Source: an uncultured Planctomycetaceae bacterium (GTDB lineage: Bacteria; Planctomycetota; Planctomycetia; Pirellulales; PALSA-1355). Taken from it: DNA of 64,000 nucleotides. Both the position numbers and the translations under genes were made by a program. The notes under the pieces are model-generated. The model made no database searches and was not told the origin of the DNA. It saw only the letters and a program-made list of their open reading frames with translations. Shown in pieces: positions 20,968 to 31,261 of this stretch. Numbering within the stretch: the first letter of the stretch is position 1; each line of letters opens with the position of its first letter. Where the stretch lies: positions 480,001 to 544,000 of the forward strand of contig CAWAUV010000007.1 of the NCBI GenBank assembly GCA_963785305.1, read 5' to 3'.

Positions 20968-21116
20968 AAACGCAGCTTTCTTTTCGGGCTCTGGCGGAGG
21001 GCGTGGTTCGAGACGTTGGAAGAAAGGGGATCGTGCCCGGGAATTCAAGGCCATGCGGGCGCCGGCCGGCCGCGAGGCTCGCGAACCGACCGGCGCTCTC
21101 GCAAGTGTCGACCGAC

Positions 21117-22748
21117 TCAGCGAGTCGCGGCGGCCGCGGCTCGGTCTTCGCCCAGTTGGAGCAGTTCCGTGGCCATTCGGGAGAGCTCGCCGGCGGCCTG
21201 CTGGCAGTTGTTGGCGCCCTGCGAGGTGTTTTGGGCCGCTTGGGCGACCGCGGTGATGTTCTGGGCGATTTCGGCGGCGCCTTTGGCTGCCTCGCCCACG
21301 TTGCGGCTCATTTCGGTGGCCGTGGCGGTCTGCTCCTCGACGGCGCTGGCGATCGTGTTCGAGATATCGTTGATCTGCGCGATCACTTCGCCGATCATGC
21401 GAATCGACTCGACCGCGCCGCGCGTGTCGCCCTGGATCGTCTCGATCTTGCAGCTGATGTCCTCGGTGGCCTTGGCGGTCTCCTTGGCCAATTCCTTGAC
21501 TTCATTGGCCACCACGGCGAAGCCCTTGCCGGCCTCGCCCGCCCGGGCCGCTTCGATCGTGGCGTTGAGCGCGAGCAAGTTGGTTTGCTCGGCGATCGAG
21601 GTGATGACTTTGATCACCTTGCCGATCTCGGCGCTGCTGTCGCCGAGTTTGCCGATCGTGGCGTTGGCGGTGGAGGCAGTGGCCACGGCATGCTGGGCCA
21701 CGCGGGCCGAATCGCTGGCGTTTTTGGCGATCTCGCGAATGGCGGCGTTCATCTCGTCGACGCCCGTGGCCACGACCTGCACGTTCTTGCTCACTTGGTC
21801 CGAAGCCGCCGACACGACATTGGCCTGGGCCGAAGTCTCCTCGGCGCTCGCGCTCATCGTGCTGCTGATGGCGGTGAGCTCCTCGGCCGACGAGCCGAGC
21901 GTGGCCGCGCTCGAATTGACCAAGCGAAGAATGCGGTCCATCTCGTGCCGGGCACGCACTTGTTCAGTAATGTCGCTGGCGTACTTCACTACTTTGAACG
22001 GCTTGCCGCTGGTGTCGAGAATCGGGTTGTACGAAGCCTGAATGAATATTTCCTTGCCGCCCCGGCCAATCCGGCGAAACTCTCCGGCCACATACTCGCC
22101 GCGATTGAGCTTGTTCCAGAACTCCTTGTATTCATGCGACTGCCGCGTTGCTTCATCGACGAACATCGCATGATGCCGGCCGCGAATCTCGTCGAACGAG
22201 TAACCGAGCGTCGCGAGAAAATTCTGATTGGCCGAAAGGACCGTGCCGTCGAGATTGAATTCGATCACGGCCTGCGATTTGTTGATCGCCGCCAGTTGGC
22301 AGGCGAAGTCGTTCGCCTGGAGCTTGGCGGCGGTAATATCGCTGGCGTATTTCACCACTTTGAAGGGCTTGCCCTGGTTGTCGAAAATCGGGTTGTACGA
22401 CGCTTGAATCCAGACCTCCCGACCACCCTTGCCGATCCGACGGAACTCGCCGGCGACGTATTCACCGCGATTGAGTTTGTTCCAAAACTCCTTGTATTCA
22501 TGCGATTGCCGCATCGCTTCATCGATGAATATCGCATGATGCCGGCCGCGAATTTCATCGAGCGTGTACCCGAGCGCGGCGAGAAAATTTTGGTTGGCGG
22601 TGAGGATCGTGCCATCGAGCTCGAATTCGATCACGGCTTGCGATTTGCTGATTGCGGCCAGTTGGCCAACGAGATCGGCCATCTTCAGTTGCTCGGCGGC
22701 GCTCGAGCCGCGTTTGGGTTTCGCCTTCAGCGTGGTGGCGGGACACAT
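21117..22748 (-). CDS. Soluble methyl-accepting chemotaxis protein with two PAS domains
   Basis: Two AVIEF.LDG...QASYNPI...[10 protein letters not shown] repeats and [27 protein letters not shown]; no TM helix. Confidence 0.93.
   Translation of the reverse strand: MCPATTLKAKPKRGSSAAEQLKMADLVGQLAAISKSQAVIEFELDGTILTANQNFLAALGYTLDEIRGRHHAIFIDEAMRQSHEYKEFWNKLNRGEYVAGEFRRIGKGGREVWIQASYNPIFDNQGKPFKVVKYASDITAAKLQANDFACQLAAINKSQAVIEFNLDGTVLSANQNFLATLGYSFDEIRGRHHAMFVDEATRQSHEYKEFWNKLNRGEYVAGEFRRIGRGGKEIFIQASYNPILDTSGKPFKVVKYASDITEQVRARHEMDRILRLVNSSAATLGSSAEELTAISSTMSASAEETSAQANVVSAASDQVSKNVQVVATGVDEMNAAIREIAKNASDSARVAQHAVATASTANATIGKLGDSSAEIGKVIKVITSIAEQTNLLALNATIEAARAGEAGKGFAVVANEVKELAKETAKATEDISCKIETIQGDTRGAVESIRMIGEVIAQINDISNTIASAVEEQTATATEMSRNVGEAAKGAAEIAQNITAVAQAAQNTSQGANNCQQAAGELSRMATELLQLGEDRAAAAATR
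21970..22686 (-). repeat. Intragenic tandem duplication (366-bp offset) of the PAS domain
   Basis: Near-identical DNA, e.g. actccttgtattcatgcga in both copies. Confidence 0.85.
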
Positions 22749-22862
22749 GCGATCGTCTCCTAAAAAAATGGGCGGGTAAGGTTGGTGATTGAAGCAAGCG
22801 GGGGGCGGGCCGGGTTGTCGGGTGGGATCGTGGGCTTGGGTTCTTGGTTGCTTGGGCGCCGG

Positions 22863-23330
22863 TCAGCCGGCGCGGCGCGTGTCGGCGCCCGAGGCGGGGT
22901 CGCTATCGGCCAGGGCTCGACCCACATCGAGCACGAGCAGCAGCCGATCCGTCAGTTTGTAAGCGCCGCGAATCATGGCTCGCACGCTGGCGCGAACCGT
23001 GGGCGGCGGCGGCTCGAACAGATCATCGTCGACTTCGAGCACGTCTCCGATGCGGTCGACCAATAGGCTCACGGCATTGTCGCCATCGCGCACGACCACG
23101 TTCATCGGCGAGGTCTGACTCGCGCGCGGCGGCAGATCGAGCCAGCCGCGAAGATCGATCGCGGTGACGATCTGCCCGCGCAAGTTGATCAGGCCGCGAA
23201 TCGCCGCCGGCGCCAGGGGCACGCCGGTCATTTGCTGATAGCGAATCACTTCTTGAACTTGCTGCACATCGATGCCGAGGAACAGGTTGTCGACATGGAA
23301 AGTGCAAAATTGGCGTTTCGGTTGATGCAT
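22863..23330 (-). CDS. cheW: Chemotaxis adaptor CheW
   Basis: VQEVIR, VPLAP, GLINLRGQIV and LLVDRIGDV motifs. Confidence 0.93.
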   Translation of the reverse strand: MHQPKRQFCTFHVDNLFLGIDVQQVQEVIRYQQMTGVPLAPAAIRGLINLRGQIVTAIDLRGWLDLPPRASQTSPMNVVVRDGDNAVSLLVDRIGDVLEVDDDLFEPPPPTVRASVRAMIRGAYKLTDRLLLVLDVGRALADSDPASGADTRRAG

Positions 23331-23379
23331 GCTCTGGTCTCCACGAAAAACGGGTTCTGGGGGAGTCGCGCTGGCCGAT

Positions 23380-26165
23380 TCACGACTGTTCATGCACGAC
23401 ACTTGGTTCGCCGCGAGCGCGGGTCGCCCGGCGGGCCAAATGCGGCAGGTTGAGCACATCGGTCACGCGATGCTGAATCACCGCGGCGCCGAGCAACGCT
23501 CCATCGCCCGATTCCTCGGTTTGCAGATTCAGCTCGGTTTCGACGATATCGACGATGCGATTGACCACGAATCCGCAGCGGCGATCTTTCTCGGCATAGA
23601 CCACGATCTGCAATTCGCTCGGCGGCGTCGCGGGCGGCCGCACCCCAAACATGGCGCCCAACGGCGCGAGCGGTAGAATCTGACCGCGATATTGAATTAC
23701 TTGCCGATCATCGGCCTGCTCGATCGTCGAGGCGGCGATTTTTTCGAGTCGCGCGACCATCGAAGTGGGCAAGGCGAAGCGACGCGCGTCGCCCAGGTCG
23801 ACCACCAGCAAGGTCTGCGTCGCCTGCTCGCCGGCCGAGTCCTCGCGCGAATGGGCCGCGTGAGACGATTCGCGAATCTCGCCGGCGAGGCCCGAGGCCA
23901 CGGCGAGCCCCATCACATCGAGAATCAAGGCCACGGCGCCGTCGCCCATGATCGTGGCGCCGGCATATTCCGTGAGCCCCTTGAGCTGTCGGCTGAGCGG
24001 CTTGACGACGATCTCCTCGGTGTCGTTCACTTTGTCGACCACCAGGCCATATTGCCGATCGTTGGCCCGGAGCACCACGATATTCAAGCTGCGCTCTTCT
24101 TGCGCCGAGCCATCGTCGCTCGCGGCGGCGGGTTCTCGCCGGAGCCCCAGCCGCTCGGCCAGATCGACCAGCGGCAGGAGCTTGCCGCGCAGGCGATACA
24201 CCGGCGCTCCTTGCACATATTCGATCGATCGGCGAACCTGCTCGCCCTCGAGCCGCACGAGCTCGAGCAAGCTGACTTGCGGAATCGCATAGCGGTCTCC
24301 GCCGGTGGTCACGATCAGCGCGGGAATGATCGCCAGCGTGAGCGGGATCTTGATCTTGATCGTGGTTCCGGCGCCCGGCCGACTTTGCAGATCGAGCGTG
24401 CCGCCGATGCTGCTCGATGTTGGTTTTCACCACATCCATGCCCACGCCGCGGCCGGAGACGTTCGTCACCTGCTCGGCGGTCGAGAAGCCGGGCAGCAGT
24501 ATCAACTGGGCCGCTTCGCGCTCCGACATTCGGGCAGCGCTCTCGGCGCCGATCAGGCCCTTTTCCACGGCTTTCTTGCGAATGCGCTCGAGGTTCAGCC
24601 CGGCGCCATCGTCGGTGATTTCGATATTCACCTGGCCGCCCTCGTGATAGGCCCGTAGCGAGAGACAGCCTTCCGCGCTCTTGCCGAGAGCGCGCCGCGC
24701 GGCGGGCGACTCGATGCCGTGGTCCACCGAATTGCGCACCAGATGGGTCAGCGGATCTTTGATCGCCTCGACGATCGTTTTGTCGAGCTCCGTGTCCTTG
24801 CCTTCCATTTCGATTCGCACCTGCTTGCCCAATTGGCTCGACAGGTCGCGAACCACCCGCGGAAACTTGGCCCACACATTGCCGATCGGCTGCATGCGGG
24901 TCTTCATCACGCCTTCTTGGAGCTCGGTGGTGATGAGATTCAACCGCTGGGCGGCGCTCGACGAACTCGGCATCGTTCAAGCCGCCGGCCCGTTGCATGA
25001 TTTGATTTCGCGCGAGCACGAGTTCGCCCACGCGGGTCATCAACTTATCGAGCAGGGCGACATCGACCCGGATCGTGCTCTCCGAGGTCGACGCGGCGCC
25101 GCGCTCGAGCTTGTCGCTTTTGTCGCCGCGTTCGGTCTTGTCGGCCGATTTGTCGGCGCCGCTTCGTTCGGCTTCGGGTTCAGTCGCAGGGCGCGACATG
25201 GTGGCCGCCTCGGCCGGGCGCCCGGATTCGACGGGCCCCGAGGTTTCGACGGCGCGAGTCGGCGGCGATTGAATTGGGTCGGCCTCGCCTTCGGCAAAGG
25301 CCAGAAGCTGCCGGGCGAGCGACTCGATATCGAGCTCGCGGTCGGCGCCGGTCGCGTCGACCACGCGCAGTCCCTCGCGACACTTGTCGGTCGTGGCCAG
25401 GAGCACTCCCACCAGGTCCGCAGTTGGCGCGAGCCGCCCGTCGCGCACCTTGCCGAGCACGTTTTCAGCGGCGTGCGCCAACTGTTCGAGTCGCTTGAAG
25501 CCCAAGAAACCGGCGCCGCCTTTCACGGTGTGCATCACGCGAAACACGCCGCGCATGAGGCCAGGCGACTCGGGCTCCTGCTCGAGGGCCAAGAGATCGC
25601 GATCCATTAGATCGAGATTCTCATGACACTCGCTGATGAATTCGCGCGCCGCCTCGCCACCGGGTCCGCTGCTCGGCGCATCGGATTCCCGAACCGCGGG
25701 CGCGGGCGGCGCGAATTGTGGACGTGGCGGCGGCGACGGAAGCGGAGCCGCGGCGGGCGCCAGTTCCGGGGCGCCGGGCGCATGGACATGAAATCGTTGT
25801 AGGCTCGTGACATAGATCGAGATATCGGCCTCGTTCGAGGATTCGACCGCCTCGATCAGGCCCTTCATATAGTCGGCGGCTTCCAGGATCGTGGTGACGA
25901 GCTCACTGCTGGGCGCCAACTCACGATTGCGCATTCGATTGAGCGATTCTTCGAGCCCATGGGCCAAAGCGCCGATGCGGTCGAGTCCAAGAAAGCCGGC
26001 CGTGCCTTTGATCGAATGCATGGTGCGGAACACGGCATTGACCAAATCGAGTTCGACATTGGCCCCGGCGGCCTCGATCGCCAACATTTGCTGCTCGATA
26101 TTGGCCAGCCCCTCGCGCGATTCGATTACGAAATCGGAGATTAGTTCCGAGTCAGCGAAGTCCAT
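23380..26165 (-). CDS. cheA: Chemotaxis kinase CheA with two Hpt domains (frameshifts near 24955 and 24412)
   Basis: FRTMHSIKG and FRVMHTVKG Hpt motifs, IRVDVALLD, HLVRNSVDHG, SGRGVGMDVV and C-terminal CheW-like domains. Confidence 0.92.
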
Positions 26166-26440
26166 ACAGACAAACCTTTTGCGTTAAATTTTCCGGTTTT
26201 TCGATCCCCACCGGAGGGTAGTTGGTTCTAGGCAATATTACCCCCTGAAATGGGTAATGCAAGCGACTCGGATCGCCCCGAAAGAAAAATTCCCCCGTTC
26301 CAGAGACTCAATGCCGCCCGGCAGGTTTGCCGAGGGATGAGGGCGCCGAGCGCCCGCGTTTGGTAAAGGTGAAACACCCCGCTCCTATTAAGAAGAAGGC
26401 GCGAAGCGAACCCGCGGGGGGAAGTAGATGGAAGTCGGTG

Positions 26441-26530
26441 GCGGCGGCGAGCCCGAGGGGAAACTGATCGAGTGGCCACGGCCGCCGATCACGGTCGGAA
26501 GTCCAATGCCGAGTTGATACTCTTCGAGCG
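26441..26530 (-). pseudogene. Duplicated fragment of cheX (copy of 17181-17270)
   Basis: 78/90 nt identical with the first 36 exact; reads LEEYQLGIGLPTVIGGRGHSISFPSGSPP versus LEGYQLSIGLPTVICGRSHSISFPSGSPP. Confidence 0.85.
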
Positions 26531-26691
26531 CAGAGTGGACCATCGCCCTCTTGTCGCCGCGTTGCTTTTTCGTCCTTCCGCGAATTCTTTGCGGATTTTC
26601 AGCGAAAAGTGAGCCACCTGTTTGCTATCGTCGCGACCTCGGACAACGTCACGACCGGTCGAGACATTCAAGCGAAAGGCAAGCGATCTCC

Positions 26692-29214
26692 ATGCGCGCG
26701 AGCATCATCATTGCGGCCCATAACGAGGGAACACGGCTTCGTCGGACCGTGGAATCCTGTCTGGCGACGGCCGGCAAACTCGATCACGAGATCATCGTCG
26801 CCGACGACGCCTCGACCGATGGATCGATCGACGACGTGACGCGGCGAACTCCACGAGCGCGCATTGTGCGCGGCGAAGAGCGCAAAGGCGCCTCGCCCAC
26901 CAAAGCCGCCGGCGCGTCGGCGCGCGCGCCGACACGTTGATCTTCTTGGATGGCCACTCGAATCCCGAGCCGGGCGCCTTGGAGCGGTTGGTCGACGATG
27001 TCGAGCATGTGCGTGGCCAAGCGATCGTTAACCCGCGCGTGGCCGCGCTCTGCACGCGGCTCTGGCGCGACAACCCGCACCAGGTCGGCAGCGGCTATTC
27101 ACTGACGCTCGACACGCTCGATTGCGGCTGGATTCCCGAAGGCCGGCTCCGATCGACCGACCAGCGCGGGCGACGATTCTTCGAGTCGCCGGCCCTCATC
27201 GGTTGCGTTCTGGCGGTAAGCCGCGAGCTGTATGATCGCCTGTGGGGCTTCGATGCCCGCATGCTTTGCTGGGGCGTGGAGGATTTGGACCTGGGGCTCA
27301 AGTGCTGGCTGCTTGGCCACCCGATCCTGCACGATCCGGCGCCGGTCGTCGGGCGCCGCTTTCGAGCCGCGTTCGACAACTACACGGTTTCACCGGAGAA
27401 TGTGTTGGCGAACCAAATGCGCATGGCGCGAAAGCACTTTACGCATTCGATCTGGAATAACTGGCTCGAGCTTTGCCGATTAAGAAACAGCGGGCCGCTG
27501 GCCGGGCGCCCCGAGGGACTGTGGGCCCGGGCCTGGCAGCTTTTCAAAGCGGACCGCGCGAGCGTCGAAGCGGAACGAGAATTCTTGCACGCGCGGCGCG
27601 TTCGCGATGAGTTCTGGTATGCCGAACGGTTCGGGCTGGCGTGGCCGCGGGTCGCTTGCGGCAGAGACCAGGGAGTGAGTTCCGCCGGACGGACGCGGGT
27701 GGGCGACATTGGTGGAAGTCTGCGCGTGGATGGCGGCTCGCCGAGTCCCAGCCCTGGCCCCACACCGAGCCCGCAGCCGAGCCCGCAGCCGAGCCCATCG
27801 CCATCGCCATCGCCATCGCCGGCGCCGCCATGCGGATTGACGGGAATTACGCCCGATGGTCTGACGATTCCCATCAATCAGTCGATCACTTTTTCCGCGC
27901 TCGGCACGAATTTGGGTGCGATCACATGGTCGACGAACGAAAAACAACCCGCTACCGGCAAAGGGCCGTCGTTCACAACGACGTTCGCCAAGGACGGCGT
28001 ATTCACGGTAACGGCCCGCTGCCAGGGCCCGAAGGGCGCTATTGTCATGACGGCGAAGATTACCGCGGTGCGGATTTTGAAGCTGCAATATCAACAGCAG
28101 TCCTCGGGCAACTGGGTTGACGTATCTGGGACGCTCTATGTTCCGAAGGGGGCGCGAGTGACACTACGGGCAGTTCCTACGCCGTCATCCGCATCGTTCC
28201 CCGAAGGACTGCCGGAGTGGACCGGCGCCGATGCCGTGGTCGGCGCAACGGCGCAAGTCACGTTCGACGACGTGTCGACGTCGGCAAACGATTTTCGCAG
28301 TATCTCCGCAACCTGCGGAAATACCGAACGTTGCCAATTCACCGTGTTTACGGTCGAGCCGGTGACAACCCCGGTCGATAATTTTTCTGGACGTAGCCAA
28401 GCGCGCTTCGGTATCATGGAGAACGTGAACCTTTCGCTCAACGTCGCGCCCGCCGATCTGGATGTCGGAAAATCCGGATTGAAATGGGGCACGCCGATGC
28501 TGGGGGAGTTAAATCCAAAAAAAGTCGTTTCGAACGTCTATAACTCAGGGGCAATCGCGGGAGCAGTCCAGCTGCGATTGGAAATGAGTGCTGGCCCCGC
28601 AAAGGGTTGGCAATCTTCGGCGCTTGCGAGGACGGTCGTTAAGCCTGATGGCGGAAATTATACTGCGCAATGCAATTCGGGCTCTGGCATTGTCAAGGTA
28701 GGATTTCGGTCGGCATGGCTGGAGATTTGTTCCTATCTCCGAAGGACGTGTCCTTCAGGAATCTCGTTTTCAAGGAGGGACAAGCCGATGTCAAAAGCCC
28801 AACGAAAGCCGGCGAGACATGGTTGCGTGTAAATTTGCAGAAGACGCGGCATCCTGCTTCGCTCAAATGGCACCGGATCGGCGGCGGGAACATTAATACC
28901 GGATGCCCTGTTCTGCCCGGCGAAGGCGAATTCGACATCGCCGCCGCGTGGGCGAAAGCGAGCGCATTGACGCATTGAGTCCGGCGGAAACGGTCGCGGG
29001 AACATGGCCAATTCCTTGGCAATATTCGATTAGCAGCGGAAGTAATCCCGTCACGTTCACAAAGGTGAATCAAACATTCACAGTCGACGCGAACGGTCAA
29101 GCGTCTATCGAAAAGGGAGACAGCGGGCCATTCTTGGCGGCGCTCGCGGCGCCTACGAATGCAGCGAATGGCAGTGGTTTTCCTGCAGTGAATTGGTTGC
29201 CATCCTGTTCATAG
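26692..29214 (+). CDS. GT-A glycosyltransferase (GT2/GT27-like) fused to a Ser/Pro linker, an Ig/PKD-like domain and an unknown beta-rich domain (about 3 frameshifts)
   Basis: SIIIAAHNE, EIIVADDAS, FLDGH, WGVEDLDLGLKCW and SPSP repeats; ORFs starting at 26551, 26937, 28670 and 28903 appear to join. Confidence 0.75.
27737..27830 (+). repeat. Ser/Pro low-complexity repeat
   Basis: ccgagcccgcag x2 and ccatcg x4, encoding SPSPSPGPTPSPQPSPQPSPSPSPSPSPAPP. Confidence 0.9.
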
Positions 29215-29229
29215 GACGAGGATCTGAAA

Positions 29230-30223
29230 ATGCGATTATCCAATCGGTCGTTTGGATGGATTTTGGGCGGCGCCGCATTTTCGGTCTTGAGCCTTTTCAT
29301 CGCTTCGTCGGTCTTCAACGCGGCCAAGGCAACGGTTCCGGCCGCCGCAATAAAGGAATTGGCGGTCGCGCCGCTGCCAATGTCGGAAGAAGCGCAAGCG
29401 GAATTGTTTGAAACTCGGAGCGCCGAGATTCACGGCGACTATCACGACATCGTGATCTAGACGTCGCTGGCGGAGCGCGTTTATCAAACATGGCGCGAGC
29501 CCGGCATGAACATCTATTCGCGGGGTCAACTCTACGAGCAATTGATTTCCATATACGGCGGGCATTTTAATTGCCCTCGCATTCAGAGTTTGGCACGCGC
29601 CTTTGCCATGAAAGCGTTATCACGGCCCCAAGATATTCTTCCTCGGCACGAGCTAGGAATCTTATGTTGTACGCGTTGGCTCCCCCACAACGCGCCCGAC
29701 GCTGGCGAAAAGGAACTTCGCGAACAGCATTTGCGCGGAACTTGAATTCGCGAACATTCGCGGGAAAATTCTCGGCTATTACATCGCCGCGTGGCAGCGT
29801 TTGGAATCGGAGATCGATCCCAACTGGGACGAGAACGACACCGATGGCGACCAGTCGATGAATCCACGGCCGCGCGACGAATCCGTAGCCGCGATCAACG
29901 AATGGAAAGCCATCGTGAACAAGCGCGTACGCAACGACGAACAACGCGATTTGCGTGAGCTAAAGTCGGAATTTACCGAGCCGTGGCTGAGCGGCGCGGC
30001 GGATTGCTATTCCTATCGTCCCTACGATGTCGCCGAGCTCGAGTCCGTGCTTCGCCGTCATCAGTTCGATCACGAAGTGGCGGACCAGATCGTCGAGCTC
30101 GCCCGCGCCAACATCGCGAAAGCGCAAGAGGAAGCCCGGGCCCACGCGGAAGAAATCGCTGAATTTCGCAAACTAAATGGCAGGAAAGAAACCGCCGAAG
30201 ACGAGCCATCGGCCGATCGTTGA
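29230..30223 (+). CDS. Putative exported helical protein, interrupted by an in-frame TAG (29458-29460) and a frameshift near 29730
   Basis: N-terminal hydrophobic helix; the frame stays open past the TAG into ORF 29506..29745, then shifts to ...AWQRLESEIDPNWDEND. Confidence 0.6.
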
Positions 30224-30321
30224 TCCCGCTTCATTTTCGTTGCGCATGGAATCGTAGTGCCGTCGGTCCGCCGGATTGACGACGCTCGCGCTCTCATCCA
30301 TCCACCCATGCGAGCGCTTTC

Positions 30322-31261
30322 ATGGATGCCTGCGCCCCTCGTCGCTGCCAGCCGGATGTTCGATTCCACCAGCATTTGCCGGGCGAGCTCGCCGCCGTCA
30401 CCTGCTATTTCAATCCCTGCGATTATTGCCGTCCGAAGCGGAATTATCACGAGTTCGCCGCCGGGCTGGCCGGGCAAGGCGTGCCGCTTTTTACCATCGA
30501 ACTCGCGTTCGGCGCCCGGCCGTTTTTCTTGCCCGAAAGCGAGCGAGTGCTGCGCCTGCGCGGGGCCGATGTCTTGTGGCAAAAAAGCGCCTGCTGAATG
30601 TGCTGATCGCGCGCTTGCCGGCTCGCTTCGATAAGGTCGCTTGGATCGACGCCGACCTGCTCTTCGATAATCCGCGGTGGGCCGCGGAAGCCGTGCGGCG
30701 CCTCGAGGAATTTCCGGTCGTGCAGCTCTTCGAAACAGCGCACCAGCTCGATCGGAATCGCCGCGTCGCGCTTTCACGACCGAGCGTGGCGAGCGCCGTC
30801 GCGAAGGGAAGCCCCGACGCCCGCCGTTTCGATCGCGTGCTTCCCGGTTTTGCCTGGGCGGCGCAGGCGCGCTTATCGAGCGTCACGGCCTGCTCGACGA
30901 CAATGTGCTCGGCTCGGCCGATGGCATGATGGTTTACGCCATGTATGGCTGGTGGGACCAGCCGTTTTTCCAGTATTGCAACGAGGCGATGCGGCGCGGT
31001 TCGCTCGCTTGGTCGCGGCCCTTCCATGAAGAGGTTCAAGGCCAAGTCGGGTTCGTTCGCGGCGCCGTGCGGCATCTTTGGCACGGCTCGCGGGACAACC
31101 GCCGTTATTTGGAAAGAATCCGCTATCTGACCGACCACGGTTTCGATCCCGCGATCGATCTGCGGCGGGGCGCCGAAGGACCCTGGCGTTGGGCGAGCGA
31201 AAAACCGTGTCTCCACGAACAGGTGCGGCGTTGTTTTATCGAGCGCAAGGAGGACCATTGA
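30322..31261 (+). CDS. GT-A-fold glycosyltransferase-like protein (2 frameshifts)
   Basis: VTCYFNP, LWQK.RLLN, VAWIDADL (DxD), PGFAWAA, HLWHG and a terminal RKED. Confidence 0.7.

Noticed and set aside
23380..26165. Programmed frameshifting in cheA or other split genes
   Set aside because: No slippery-site pattern was noticed, and indels are window-wide, including in essential genes.
26175..26335. GGCAAACC and ACGCAAAA on the minus strand upstream of cheA as a c-di-GMP riboswitch
   Set aside because: The motifs are about 140 nt apart, far beyond the riboswitch spacing.
29590..29607. TTGGCACGCGCCTTTGC as a sigma-54 promoter
   Set aside because: GG-GC spacing is 11 rather than 10, and the site lies inside a coding region.
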